The notes: a model not told the origin generated them from the letters alone. 64,000 nucleotides of DNA from an uncultured delta proteobacterium (GCA_963779885.1 CAWAAN010000005.1:20554-84553); one strand, 5' to 3'; shown: positions 19,078 to 28,909, counted from the stretch's first letter. Translations and numbers: made by a program.

Positions 19078-19968
19078 TCATATCGTATACTGGACTTTGC
19101 GTTCCACGTAACGGAACTGCAGCACGGTGATGGTGACGATCAAGGCCATCAGGGCCACGGACTGGGCCGCTGAAGAACCCAGGTTCAGCCCGATAAAACC
19201 ATCTTGATAGACCTTGTAGACGAGGGTGGTGGTGGCGCCGCCCGGACCGCCCTGGGTCACCGTGTGGATGACACCAAAGGTTTCGAAAAAGGCGTAAATG
19301 ACGTTCATTACCATGAGAAAGAACAAGGTCGGTGAGAGCAGCGGCAGGGTGATCGCCCAGAAGCGTCGGAAAGGCCCGGCGCCGTCCATGGCCGCGGCCT
19401 CGATCAAGGAGTGGGGAACGGCCTGCAGACCGGCCATGAAAAAGACAAAGTTGTAGCTGATTTGCTTCCAGCCGCTGGCCAGTACCACCATGACGAAGGC
19501 ATCGGTTCCGTTGAGCACCGGGTTCCAGTCGATGCCGAGGCGGCGTTTCAAAAAGAGGGCCACCACGCCGAACGAAGGGTGCAGCAGAAAGAGCCACAGG
19601 ATGCCGGAAATGGCCGGAGCAACGGCATAGGGCCAGACCAGCAGCGTGCGGATCGGCGCCTTGGCGATCAGTGCCCGGTTGGCCATGGTGGCGATCAGCA
19701 GACCGGTCAGGATGGCGAGTACGGCGACGGCGAAGCTGAAGACCAGGGTGATGCCGACGGACTTCAGGTAGAGTGGATCGGTAAAAATGTCGATGAAATT
19801 ATCCAGCCAGACGAACCGGCTGCGCTGGCCGAAAGGGTCGCTGAGCATCACCGATTGGAGCAGACCCTGGGCGGCCGGCCAGTAAAAAAACGTCAGTGTC
19901 ACCAGGATCTGGGGTGTGATCAGCAGGTAGGCTAGGCGTTTGGATTTGAAATGGGAGCGCTTGATCAT
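19078..19968 (-). CDS. ugpA: Glycerol-phosphate ABC transporter permease
   Basis: DPFG..FVWLDNF, WKQISYNFVFF, EAAAMDGAGP, QFRYVERKVQY. Confidence 0.92.
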   Translation of the reverse strand: MIKRSHFKSKRLAYLLITPQILVTLTFFYWPAAQGLLQSVMLSDPFGQRSRFVWLDNFIDIFTDPLYLKSVGITLVFSFAVAVLAILTGLLIATMANRALIAKAPIRTLLVWPYAVAPAISGILWLFLLHPSFGVVALFLKRRLGIDWNPVLNGTDAFVMVVLASGWKQISYNFVFFMAGLQAVPHSLIEAAAMDGAGPFRRFWAITLPLLSPTLFFLMVMNVIYAFFETFGVIHTVTQGGPGGATTTLVYKVYQDGFIGLNLGSSAAQSVALMALIVTITVLQFRYVERKVQYTI

Positions 19969-20027
19969 AGGAACCAGGAAATGAGGTGAAGCTCGCTCAT
20001 CGATTCGTATTCGAGGACGAATTTATG

Positions 20028-20054
20028 GCCAAAATCTTTATCTTAAAGCCGATA
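20028..20054. repeat. Solo TIR of family A element
   Basis: GCCAAAATCTTTATCTTAAAGCCGATA, 1 mismatch to 15798-15824. Confidence 0.8.
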
Positions 20055-20151
20055 GAGACTCGAAAATCGAAACCCGTTACCGGTGGTGGTTCAAGGGCTG
20101 CGGGCGTTTCATTGGAGGTTGCGCAGGCCGGGTTCAGGATAACGGTACAGT

Positions 20152-20204
20152 CCACAGTGCATCCGGCACGGGCCTTAAAGACACCCGTGTCGGACACCCT
20201 GTGG
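20152..20204 (-). terminator. Stem-loop downstream of ugpB (terminator or mRNA stabiliser)
   Basis: TCCGGCACGGG/CCCGTGTCGGA stem extended by CCACAG/CTGTGG. Confidence 0.55.
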
Positions 20205-20211
20205 GCTTTAG

Positions 20212-21540
20212 CTACTTTTTATAGGTTTTCTCGAACTTGCGCAACTCATCGTTACCGCGCTGAACGGCCGAGTCCAGGGCCTGCTGGGGCGTCTTTCCGC
20301 CGTTCCAGACCAGTTCCAGCTCCTCGTTGATGATGTTGCGGATCTGGATGAAATACCCCAGGCGCAGCCCGCGCGAGTTAACGGTGGGCTTCCGGCGCAT
20401 CAACTGTTGGATGCCTACTTCCTGATAGGGGTATTCTTTGTAGAAGCCCTTAGCTTTGAGGGACTCATAGGCCGAAACGGTGATGGGCAGGTAGCCGGTC
20501 TCGATATGCCACAGCTCCTGCATGTCGTTCTGGGCCAGGAAATTGAGAAATGCGGCCACGCCCTTGTAGTCCTTCTTTGGCAACCCGTTCATCACCCACA
20601 GCGATGCGCCGCCGATGATGCTGTTCTGGGGGGTTTTCATGGAAGCCTCCACCGGCAGCGGCGCCGCATCCCAGTTGAACTTGGCGTTTTGTTTGATGGC
20701 GCCGATGGCGCTGATGGAATCCATCAGGATGGCGGCATCCTGGGAAAAAAAAGCCGCCTCGGGACCCTGGTATTTCTGGCCGACGTAAGAAAACCGGTTG
20801 TCGGCCATCCAGGATTTCAGCAAGGCGATGTGGCTGACCACTTGCGGATTGTTGATGGTCAACTCGGTGTCGAGACCCTCGTAACCGTTGGCCCTGGTGG
20901 CGAAGGGCAGGTCGTGAATGGCGCTGTAGTTTTCGATCTGTACCCAGGATGGCCAGGCGGTGACCAGCCCCTTTTTGACGCCGGAAGCGACCAGCTTGGC
21001 CGTCAGCTCACCCAATTGATCCCAGGTGATCGGCTCGGTTCTGGAAAGCGGCGCGATGCCGGCCTGCTTGAACTGGTCCTTGTTGTAGAACATCACCGGC
21101 GTGGAGGAGTTGAAGGGCATCGACTGCAGGTTGCCCTTCGCGTCCACGTAATAGGACAGTACGGGCTGAAGGTAGAGACTCCAGTCGATCTTGTACCCCT
21201 GGTCCGCCATCAGTTTGTAGACCGGGTAGATGGCGCCGGACAACATCATGGTCTGGGTGCCGACCTCGAAAGATTGGAGAATATGGGGCTGTTTCTTGGC
21301 ACGGTAGGCCGCGACCCCTGCGTTGACGGTTTCGTCGTAATCGCCCTTGTTGGTCTCGATGACGACGAAATCATTCTGCGACGCATTGAAGGCGGCTGCC
21401 AGTTTCTTGACCGTTTCACCGCGGGCACCGCGCATGGCGTGCCACCAGTGAATCTCGGTGGGTGCGGCCAGGGCGCTACCGGTCCATGCCAACAAAGCGG
21501 CCATGACTGTAACGAGCCATAATCGGATGCTTCTTCTCAT
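20212..21540 (-). CDS. ugpB: Glycerol-phosphate ABC transporter substrate-binding protein
   Basis: Signal peptide, EIHWWHAM, FEVGTQTMM, PFNSSTP, NSIIGGASLW, TGYLPIT. Confidence 0.92.
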   Translation of the reverse strand: MRRSIRLWLVTVMAALLAWTGSALAAPTEIHWWHAMRGARGETVKKLAAAFNASQNDFVVIETNKGDYDETVNAGVAAYRAKKQPHILQSFEVGTQTMMLSGAIYPVYKLMADQGYKIDWSLYLQPVLSYYVDAKGNLQSMPFNSSTPVMFYNKDQFKQAGIAPLSRTEPITWDQLGELTAKLVASGVKKGLVTAWPSWVQIENYSAIHDLPFATRANGYEGLDTELTINNPQVVSHIALLKSWMADNRFSYVGQKYQGPEAAFFSQDAAILMDSISAIGAIKQNAKFNWDAAPLPVEASMKTPQNSIIGGASLWVMNGLPKKDYKGVAAFLNFLAQNDMQELWHIETGYLPITVSAYESLKAKGFYKEYPYQEVGIQQLMRRKPTVNSRGLRLGYFIQIRNIINEELELVWNGGKTPQQALDSAVQRGNDELRKFEKTYKK

Positions 21541-21889
21541 GCCTGCTTCCTCCTTGATTTATAACGGTTAAAAACGGCGACTACGGAACCTTCGGAAGTG
21601 GCAGGAATGCACCCCCGGGTCCCTTGTAACCGAACGATGCCGCCGGCGGTTTCGCGCGGCAAAATTACCGTAGACGAAGTGAAAAAATTACTCAAGCCTT
21701 TTAACTTTCTGAAACCTGTCATCGAACGGCCGTCAGGAGCTGCTCCGGCAGGCTGCCGGCGGACGGTTTTCCGATGCTGTCGCCGGCTTGAGAACTTGAA
21801 TGAAAGCTTGACGCCGGCGGCGAAAGCATGATTTGGATGGGGCTCAAAAGAAGGGCTCGTTGACGGGTTTTTTAAGGCAGGAATGACGG

Positions 21890-22987
21890 ATGGCAAATGT
21901 CGTACTGAAAAATGTTGTCAAGCGCTTCGGTAAAACCGAAGTCGTTCATGGGATCGACCTGGACGTCGATGACAAGGAATTTGTCGTGCTGGTGGGCCCT
22001 TCGGGTTGCGGCAAATCAACCGTCCTGCGGCTCATTGCCGGTCTGGAAGAGATTACCGAGGGCGAAATATGGATCGATGATCGGATCGTCAACGATGTGG
22101 CACCCAAGGATCGAAAAACGGCCATGGTGTTCCAGAATTATGCCCTGTATCCTCATATGAACGTTTTTAAGAACATGGCCTTCGGTTTGACGCTGGCCAA
22201 GAGACCCCGGGCGGAAATCGAAGAACGGGTCCAGGCTGCCGCAACCATGCTGGAGCTGCAGGACCTGCTGCACCGCAAACCGCACCAACTCTCCGGCGGT
22301 CAGCGGCAGCGGGTGGCCATGGGGCGTGCAATCGTTCGAAATCCTTCCGTTTTTCTCTTCGATGAACCACTCTCGAACCTGGATGCCAAACTGCGGACGC
22401 AGATGCGGACCGAGATCAAACAGCTCCATCACAAGGTGTCTACGACGATCATCTACGTCACCCACGATCAGGTGGAGGCCATGACGCTGGCCGACCGGAT
22501 TGTGGTCATGCGCAACGGGCGCATCGAGCAGATCGGAGAGCCGATCGAGATTTTCCAGAGGCCTCAGAATACGTTTGTTGCCGGCTTTATCGGGTCACCG
22601 CCCATGAACCTGGCAGCGGCCAGAACCAGGCGCTCCGAGCAGAAATTTAAACTGGTTTTTAACGACAGGCTTCAAATACCCGTTCCCCCGAAACCGGAGG
22701 TTCTTTTAGAGGACGATGTCGACGTGATTATGGGGCTTCGTACCGAAGACATCGTTCCGGCCGATGGGTCCGAAACCTTTCTGACCCGTTGGACGGTGCC
22801 CGGCCTTGTGGATGTCGTCGAACCCTTGGGCAGCGAGACCAACCTTCACATGGACTTGCAGGGCATAAGGGTTATCGGCAAGTGTGACGGGCGGCGGCCG
22901 GTCCGCGTGGGCGAATCGATTGAAATGGCGCTGAATCTCGAGCATCTCCACATTTTTGATGCGGCAACAACCCAGGCCCTTTATTGA
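21890..22987 (+). CDS. ugpC: Sugar/glycerol-phosphate ABC ATPase
   Basis: GPSGCGKS, LSGGQRQRVAMGRA, DEPLSNLDAKLR, TOBE tail; divergent from ugpB. Confidence 0.9.
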   Translation: MANVVLKNVVKRFGKTEVVHGIDLDVDDKEFVVLVGPSGCGKSTVLRLIAGLEEITEGEIWIDDRIVNDVAPKDRKTAMVFQNYALYPHMNVFKNMAFGLTLAKRPRAEIEERVQAAATMLELQDLLHRKPHQLSGGQRQRVAMGRAIVRNPSVFLFDEPLSNLDAKLRTQMRTEIKQLHHKVSTTIIYVTHDQVEAMTLADRIVVMRNGRIEQIGEPIEIFQRPQNTFVAGFIGSPPMNLAAARTRRSEQKFKLVFNDRLQIPVPPKPEVLLEDDVDVIMGLRTEDIVPADGSETFLTRWTVPGLVDVVEPLGSETNLHMDLQGIRVIGKCDGRRPVRVGESIEMALNLEHLHIFDAATTQALY

Positions 22988-23004
22988 GACGGGGCTGATG
23001 GCAA

Positions 23005-23236
23005 CCCAACCCCGGTCTTTCCTTTTCAATTTCTGGTTGGTTTCTTTCAGTCAGGAAGGGCTTGTCATACTTCATCAAACTTTTTCCCAAATGTCCCAGG
23101 TTGACCGGTTTTTGGGTATCAAAAGCACGCCCTCGGGTGTCTTTTTTATGTAAACTTCATGTCCCTCGAATCGATAGGATTTCGGCAATCGGACGGCCTG
23201 ACTCCGCCCGTTGATGAAGATTTTTGCTGTTTCCAT
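23005..23236 (-). pseudogene. vapB: VapB-type (AbrB/MazE) antitoxin, frameshifted; toxin absent
   Basis: METAKIFINGRSQAVRLPKSYRF stops at 23075 after an A5 run. The natural-looking C-terminus SLMKYDKPFLTERNQPE continues in another frame. Confidence 0.8.
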
Positions 23237-23304
23237 AATTTTCCCCACTCTCTTTCACGTTGATTGCTAGAAATTATTCACCATTTGGTATGTATGTCAA
23301 CATA

Positions 23305-23886
23305 TCAATTTTTGACGTGATCGGGATACAATTTCCTGGCGCACTCGGAACACAGGCCGTGGCTGAAGGAGGCCTCGGAGTGTCTGGTCACATAGTCCTC
23401 TATTTGCTCGTAGTCGCCCGCCTTGTTTCTGATTTTCTTGCAGGCCGCGCATATCGGAAGAATACCTTCCAACACTTTCACTTTCTTCTGCAGCTGCCGG
23501 GTCTGGTCCGCCGTCCGGTCAATGAGATAAACATAAAATATCAAGGCCGATACGATCAGAAGGGCATTGACGTGGGCGAGGTAGAGCGGCTGGGTTTCGT
23601 GCCATAAAAAGTGAAAGACGATTCGCATGAGAGGAAGGAAGATGGCGATTAAATAGGCCAGTGTTTTTTGATTCCGCCAGGCGGCCATCCCCGCCGGAAG
23701 AATGTAGAGTATGGGAAAGCGGATCGCTTTTCCCGAAAGGTAGTCGACCAGCAGAACGATCGCCGCCACCCCGACACAGCACGCGGTGGTCTTTTTGACA
23801 TACACCTCTTCAATGAACTTGAAAGCCCCGTTCAATCTCCCTGTGTCCTTTTTTCCAAAAAAAAATGCGCGACAGCGATCAATCAA
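23305..23886 (-). CDS. Membrane protein with C-terminal Cys/His motif domain
   Basis: About 4 TMs, a coiled coil, then LEGILPICAACKKIR...FSHGLCSEC. Start uncertain. Confidence 0.8.
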   Translation of the reverse strand: MIDRCRAFFFGKKDTGRLNGAFKFIEEVYVKKTTACCVGVAAIVLLVDYLSGKAIRFPILYILPAGMAAWRNQKTLAYLIAIFLPLMRIVFHFLWHETQPLYLAHVNALLIVSALIFYVYLIDRTADQTRQLQKKVKVLEGILPICAACKKIRNKAGDYEQIEDYVTRHSEASFSHGLCSECARKLYPDHVKN

Positions 23887-24066
23887 GATAAAGAATACAC
23901 AATTTGAAGATTTATGTCACTCGCTGTTCCAGCGGCCCGGTACGGTGAGCGCGGCTTGACGCTCGAATCGGCCGCACTATATTAAGACTTTAAAAAAGTG
24001 GGTCAATTCACCGTCTTGTCGATGTAACAGGATGGATCATAACACGCACGGCAAGGAGAATTTATT

Positions 24067-25008
24067 GTGACCAAGATCGAGCGCATCGAGGCGGTGCTGA
24101 GCGGCCGCGAACCGGACCGCCCGCCGCTGTCGCTGTGGTATCACTTCGGGGTGCAGCACGGCTCGGGGGAACAGTTTGCGCGGTTGAGCCTGGAGTTCTT
24201 CGATCACTATGATGTCGATTTCCTCAAGGTCATGAACGACTATTTTTACCCGTCGCCGCCGGGATTGACGCGGATCGCCTCGGCGCGGGACCTGCGGCAC
24301 CTGGGGCCGCTGACGGTGGAAGAAGCGGCCTGGAGCCGCCAATTCAGGGCCCTGGAACTGATCGCCGGGCAGCTGCAGGGGCGCGCCTTTTTCATCGACA
24401 CCGTCTTCGATCCCTGGCAGACCATCCGGCGCATGGCGGGTGAGAACATGCCAACGTTGATGGCCGAGGCACCGTCGGCGCTTCTGGATGCGCTCGAGGT
24501 GGTGGCCGACAACCTGATCGCCTACTGCAAGAAATCACTCGCCCTGGGGTCGGCCGGCATGTTCATGTCGGTGCCGGCGGCATCTGAAATCGTCGCCCGG
24601 GATGACTTCATGAAATTCGTAAAACAGCCGGCGCAAAAGGTCTTTGCGGCCATCGCCGGCATGGGGCGCATGAACACGGCCCACATTCACGGGCAGGACC
24701 TCTTTTTCGACGATTGCCTCGACTTTCCGGTGCCGATTTTCAACTGGTGGGACCGCGGGCCGAACGGGCCTTCCCTGGCGGAGGTGAAGCTGAAGACCGG
24801 CGCCTGCGTCATGGGTGGCATCGATCAGACCATCGTGGCGCGCACCAGCCCGGCCTTTTTGGCGGACCACGTGCGCCAAGGGCTCCGGCTGGGGGGTAAA
24901 GACCGGTTTTTCATCGCCAACGGGTGCAGTATCGACACCTGGGCCAACCCGGCCGCAATCCGGAGCATCGTGACGGCTGTGCGTTCCGATCGAAACGATC
25001 GCTCATAA
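24067..25008 (+). CDS. Uroporphyrinogen decarboxylase (URO-D/CIMS) superfamily protein
   Basis: PDRPPLSLWYHF, VDFLKVM, AHIHG, VMGGIDQ, FFIANGCS. TTGACG-16-TATATT upstream (23956-23983). Confidence 0.8.
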   Translation: MTKIERIEAVLSGREPDRPPLSLWYHFGVQHGSGEQFARLSLEFFDHYDVDFLKVMNDYFYPSPPGLTRIASARDLRHLGPLTVEEAAWSRQFRALELIAGQLQGRAFFIDTVFDPWQTIRRMAGENMPTLMAEAPSALLDALEVVADNLIAYCKKSLALGSAGMFMSVPAASEIVARDDFMKFVKQPAQKVFAAIAGMGRMNTAHIHGQDLFFDDCLDFPVPIFNWWDRGPNGPSLAEVKLKTGACVMGGIDQTIVARTSPAFLADHVRQGLRLGGKDRFFIANGCSIDTWANPAAIRSIVTAVRSDRNDRS

Positions 25009-25032
25009 CACATACCTGTAGAAAGAGGCCTC

Positions 25033-26043
25033 ATGGACACATCCCTCAAACATCTCGAGACGGCCACCTTCGCCGGCGGCTGTTTCTGGTGCTCCGAATC
25101 GGATTTTACCACCGTGGACGGTGTTCACAAGGTGGTTTCCGGGTACACCGGCGGCTCTACCGCCAACCCGTCCTACCAGGAGGTGTGCTCCGGCACCACC
25201 GGGCATTTTGAAGCGGTCCAGGTTTTTTACGATCCCCAAAAAGTGACCTACCGGCAATTGCTGGATGCCTTCTGGCGTCATGTGGACCCCACCGACAGCG
25301 GCGGGCAGTTTGTCGACCGCGGGCCGCAATACCGCACGGCCCTTTTTTATCACAACGCGGAGCAAAAGCGGCAGGCCGAAGCCTCGAAAGCCGAGCTGTC
25401 AGGATCGGGGCGGTTTAGCCGGGCGGTGGTCACCCCCATTTTGCCGCTGACCACTTTTTACAAGGCTGAAGACCATCACCAGGAATACCATAAAAAGAGT
25501 CCGGTTCGCTACCAGGCCTACCGTTCGGCTTCCGGACGGGATCGGTTCATCGAAAAGATATGGCGCCGCGATGCCGCCCCGGACGAAAGGCCGGAGAATA
25601 AGAAGCGCTATGCCAAGCCCGATGAGGCACAGCTGCAGCGGTCAATGACGCCGCTGCAATACGACGTGGCCCGCAAGGACGCCACCGAACCGCCGTTCAA
25701 AAACGAATTCTGGGACAACCACGAGCCGGGAATCTATGTCGACATCGTCTCCGGCGAGCCCTTGTTCAGTTCCACCGACAAATTCGATTCCGGCACCGGT
25801 TGGCCGAGCTTCATAAAGCCCATCGAGCCGGCGCACATTGTCGAGAAAAAGGACCGCAGCCTGTTCGTGACGCGGACCGAGGTTCGCAGCCGGCACGGCG
25901 ATTCACATCTCGGGCATGTGTTTCCCGATGGTCCGCGGCCAACAGGCCTGCGCTACTGCATCAATTCGGCGTCGTTGCGGTTCATCCCCAAGGAGGATCT
26001 GGCCAAAGAAGGGTACGGTGAATACCTGAAGCTGTTTAGATAG
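25033..26043 (+). CDS. msrAB: Peptide methionine sulfoxide reductase MsrA/MsrB fusion
   Basis: AGGCFWC (MsrA); [17 protein letters not shown] and RYCINS (MsrB). Confidence 0.97.
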   Translation: MDTSLKHLETATFAGGCFWCSESDFTTVDGVHKVVSGYTGGSTANPSYQEVCSGTTGHFEAVQVFYDPQKVTYRQLLDAFWRHVDPTDSGGQFVDRGPQYRTALFYHNAEQKRQAEASKAELSGSGRFSRAVVTPILPLTTFYKAEDHHQEYHKKSPVRYQAYRSASGRDRFIEKIWRRDAAPDERPENKKRYAKPDEAQLQRSMTPLQYDVARKDATEPPFKNEFWDNHEPGIYVDIVSGEPLFSSTDKFDSGTGWPSFIKPIEPAHIVEKKDRSLFVTRTEVRSRHGDSHLGHVFPDGPRPTGLRYCINSASLRFIPKEDLAKEGYGEYLKLFR

Positions 26044-26250
26044 TGCCCATCCGCGATCTTTTTTAGGCACTGTTGAGTGTCCAATTCAGAAATGAGGAGT
26101 TGTTCGCTGGGCAAGGCCGCACAAGGGTTTGCGGCGAGGCGTACTTTATGTCCGACCGCAGCCGGAAACCCGCTACGACCGACAGTCCAGCGGAAAAAGA
26201 CCATTTATGGATGGACACTGATAGTTTCCGCCAGAAGACGGCTTTTTGGG
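26042..26250. repeat. Composite repeat cluster (family B): 29-bp unit, 144-bp TIR element (26076-26219), truncated end at 26222
   Basis: AGTGTCCA..AAATG / CATTT..TGGACACT termini. The 29-bp unit and TAGTTTCCG end recur inverted at 46730-46908. Confidence 0.75.
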
Positions 26251-26257
26251 GCCCGCG

Positions 26258-26288
26258 TGTAAACCTTTCCGCGCTGGAAGGCGTCTAA
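26258..26288 (+). promoter_or_regulatory. ECF sigma-type promoter
   Basis: TGTAAAC-N17-CGTCTAA (AAC/CGT signature) upstream of the ECF locus. Confidence 0.65.
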
Positions 26289-26324
26289 GGAATCAACCCA
26301 ACTCCACGGAAAGGAGATCACGAC

Positions 26325-26801
26325 ATGAAAGCAATTAAAATTCAAGTGATTCTGGCCGCAATCGCTCTTGTATTTTTGTTGGCGACCGTTGTCTCGGCCG
26401 GTGATCGTTTTCAGCAGCGGCAGAATATTCAGCAGCAAAGGATTCACCAGGGCCTCAGAAATGGTCAGATAACCCAGCGGGAGCATATACACCTGACGCA
26501 TCAGCAGCGAAACGTAAAACAGTTCAGAAATTTTGCCATGCGAGACGGCCGGGTGGACCGTGGCGAGCGCCGTACGCTAAACCATTTTCAGGATCGGGCC
26601 GGCCGGTCTATTCATGACGACCGGCACAACCAAGCCAACCGGTACCGGCATCCAGGCGACGCCCGCCATAACTATTTCGGCCCGGCATATGCGTATGGGG
26701 GCAGGCCCCACCGCTACTACCGGCCTGTCGGCCGATACCCCTTTTATCATGCATGGGCAACGCCCGGCTGGGGCTTCGTCTTTTCCGTTCCCGTCCGCTA
26801 A
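26325..26801 (+). CDS. Secreted Arg/His/Gln-rich protein, unknown function
   Basis: AAGGAG RBS, signal peptide, QQQRIHQGLRNGQIT helical repeats. Confidence 0.8.
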   Translation: MKAIKIQVILAAIALVFLLATVVSAGDRFQQRQNIQQQRIHQGLRNGQITQREHIHLTHQQRNVKQFRNFAMRDGRVDRGERRTLNHFQDRAGRSIHDDRHNQANRYRHPGDARHNYFGPAYAYGGRPHRYYRPVGRYPFYHAWATPGWGFVFSVPVR

Positions 26802-26903
26802 ATGATCCCCGGATGCGGGTGTAACGGGGAGATGGCCACCGGCCGGCCGGTCGATTTTTCGTCGTTAACCGCAACCTGGCAAGGGCGCCGCTCAGAGAAA
26901 GTC

Positions 26904-27584
26904 ATGGCATCGAGAAAAGGAGCCGAGCCGGCCAATCGCGAACGACCACCGGGAATAAGCGCCTCGACGCCATCACCATCTTCTGCTGAGACGGCATCGG
27001 ATGCCGCCTTGGTCGACCGGTTGAAAGGCGGGGACCGGCAGGCGTCCGAAGAGCTGATCCGGCGCTATCAGGAAAAGGCTTTCGGGGTGGCGTTCCGTAT
27101 GCTTTCCGGGGACCGGGAAGAAGCTCTGGACCTTACCCAGGAAGCGTTTTTGACCGTCCTGCGCCGCATCGACACGTTTGAAGGCAAGTCCTCCTTTTAT
27201 ACATGGTTTTACCGGATCCTGATCAATATCTGTTTGGATTGCCTCAGGCGGCGCCAGCGCTGGCGGCGATTGTTCTTCTTCCGCAGGCCGAATCCCGATG
27301 ATGCGAGCAGGACCTCCGACGCCCTTGAAGAGGCGGCCAGCACGGCACCGGCGGCCAACCCCGGCGCGACCGTCGAAGCCCGTGAACTGCAGCGCGACCT
27401 TCGCTGCGCCCTGGCGCTATTATCCGACCGGCAGCGGATGATATTCAAACTGAAGGTTTTCGAAGAAATGCGGATAGCCGAAATTGCCCGAACGATGGGA
27501 TTGGCCGAGGGCACCGTGAAAAGTCACCTGTTTCGGGCGACGCGGATCATGAGGGACGCACTGGCCGATTGGTCCGGGCGCTGA
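26904..27584 (+). CDS. ECF RNA polymerase sigma factor
   Basis: DLTQEAF, SSFYTWFYRILIN, GTVKSHLFRA. Start uncertain. Confidence 0.93.
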   Translation: MASRKGAEPANRERPPGISASTPSPSSAETASDAALVDRLKGGDRQASEELIRRYQEKAFGVAFRMLSGDREEALDLTQEAFLTVLRRIDTFEGKSSFYTWFYRILINICLDCLRRRQRWRRLFFFRRPNPDDASRTSDALEEAASTAPAANPGATVEARELQRDLRCALALLSDRQRMIFKLKVFEEMRIAEIARTMGLAEGTVKSHLFRATRIMRDALADWSGR

Positions 27585-27598
27585 AGGGGAGGCGCAGC

Positions 27599-28174
27599 AT
27601 GCCGAGTTGTACCGATCGAGACGAACGGGTCATGCTCGATGTCTACGGCGAGATGGACACCGAGGCGAGGTCAGCCTGGGAAGACCACCTGAAAGACTGC
27701 GCGGACTGCCGCCGGGAAAAAGAGAGGTTAACGGGATTGATCGCCCACACCAGGCAGGTGATGGCGCCGCCGCCGCTGACGATGCGCGATTCGGCGGCGA
27801 TGGTTCGAAATGTGGATAGCCGTTTGGCCGGGAGAGGGCCGGCCGGGTGGCGGCGGGGCTTTGCCAACCGAGAACGAGGGTTGTGGGTTCCGGTCCTTGC
27901 CACCGTGGCCGTGCTGTTTCTCGTGGTGATCTTTGTCGGTTATGAGCGGACCGGCACCATCGATCGGCAACCGGCCGGTAGAATTGACATTTCGCACGAA
28001 TTGCCGCAAAATGACCAAGAAATCATCAAGAATATGGACCTGCTGAAAAATTTCACCACCCTGGAAAAACTCAGCCAGGTGGTCGACGATTCCACCGGCC
28101 GGAGTCCTTCCGAAACAAATGACCAGGGGACGCAAAGGGATATCCGGTATGGCCACGACGAGCGCTCGGCCTAA
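27599..28174 (+). CDS. Zinc-binding (ZAS) transmembrane anti-sigma factor
   Basis: HLKDCADC (HxxxCxxC), one TM, GGAGG RBS. Confidence 0.85.
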   Translation: MPSCTDRDERVMLDVYGEMDTEARSAWEDHLKDCADCRREKERLTGLIAHTRQVMAPPPLTMRDSAAMVRNVDSRLAGRGPAGWRRGFANRERGLWVPVLATVAVLFLVVIFVGYERTGTIDRQPAGRIDISHELPQNDQEIIKNMDLLKNFTTLEKLSQVVDDSTGRSPSETNDQGTQRDIRYGHDERSA

Positions 28175-28610
28175 ATTCACGCGAAGCGTCATTCGCCTTT
28201 GTGTCGTTATCTCACTGGGCGCCATCCTTTTTTGCCCCTCATTTGCCCCCATGGCATGGTCCACCGTGACAATCGGTCGGGGAGCGGAAGCCTTCGGCCT
28301 TACGGTCAAGGTCCAGAGCGGTAATCCCGACCGGCCGCGGTTCCTTTGGGCCGGTAAAAACAACGGAAGTTTGCAAAGGAACTACCAGGAGTGGCAGTCG
28401 CTGACGCCGCAGGAAAAAGAAAACCTGCGGCGGCGGATGCAGCAGTTGAACCGGATGCCACCCCAGGACCGCCAGCATCTTCAGCAGCTCAACGACAGGT
28501 TTCAGCGACTTTCGCCCGCCGAACGCAACCAGCTTCAGCGCAGTCTGGATAACTGGAACACCCTGTCGCCGTCAGAAAGAGAGGCCGTCCGCCGCCGATT
28601 CGGAAACTGA
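28149..28610 (+). CDS. DUF3106-like periplasmic helical repeat protein
   Basis: Repeats WQSLTPQEKE / FQRLSPAER / WNTLSPSER after a signal segment. Confidence 0.75.
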   Translation: MATTSARPKFTRSVIRLCVVISLGAILFCPSFAPMAWSTVTIGRGAEAFGLTVKVQSGNPDRPRFLWAGKNNGSLQRNYQEWQSLTPQEKENLRRRMQQLNRMPPQDRQHLQQLNDRFQRLSPAERNQLQRSLDNWNTLSPSEREAVRRRFGN

Positions 28611-28909
28611 AAAAGAATCTGAGGCTCTCGGGCCAGCGGATAGATATGGAGGCCCTAGCATAGCAAGTATGACGGAAATACGATATTTCCCATGCCGAAC
28701 TTTGTTGCGGCAGCCGCAGACGGCTTGTTGTTGACGCCCGCGGTGCAATTTCCAGGATTGCGGTCAGGGAACTCGGTTTTTCCGGCGCCGACCTTGCCCG
28801 ATATATAGGTGTACCAACTCCTGTGTGACCCGGTTTATGGCATCCGGTAAAAAGCCTGATGTTGATGATCTAATCGTAAATTTGTGAATTTTCTGCACGA
28901 ACGTCCCCT
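28607..28909 (+). pseudogene. 3' remnant of a RAYT-like transposase plus its terminal repeat
   Basis: KKNLRLSGQRIDMEALA*QV*RKYDIS..ARGAISRIAVRELGFSGADLARYIGV, frameshift, TNSCVTRF..*. Ends in GAACGTCCCCT, resembling GAGCGTCCCCT at 1702-1712. Confidence 0.8.

Noticed and set aside
20407-21522. 371-aa plus-strand ORF
   Set aside because: Antisense shadow of ugpB.
28125-28140. GGGACGCAAAG resembling a c-di-GMP-I riboswitch
   Set aside because: Lies inside the anti-sigma CDS and lacks the upstream GGCAAAC/GAAA elements.
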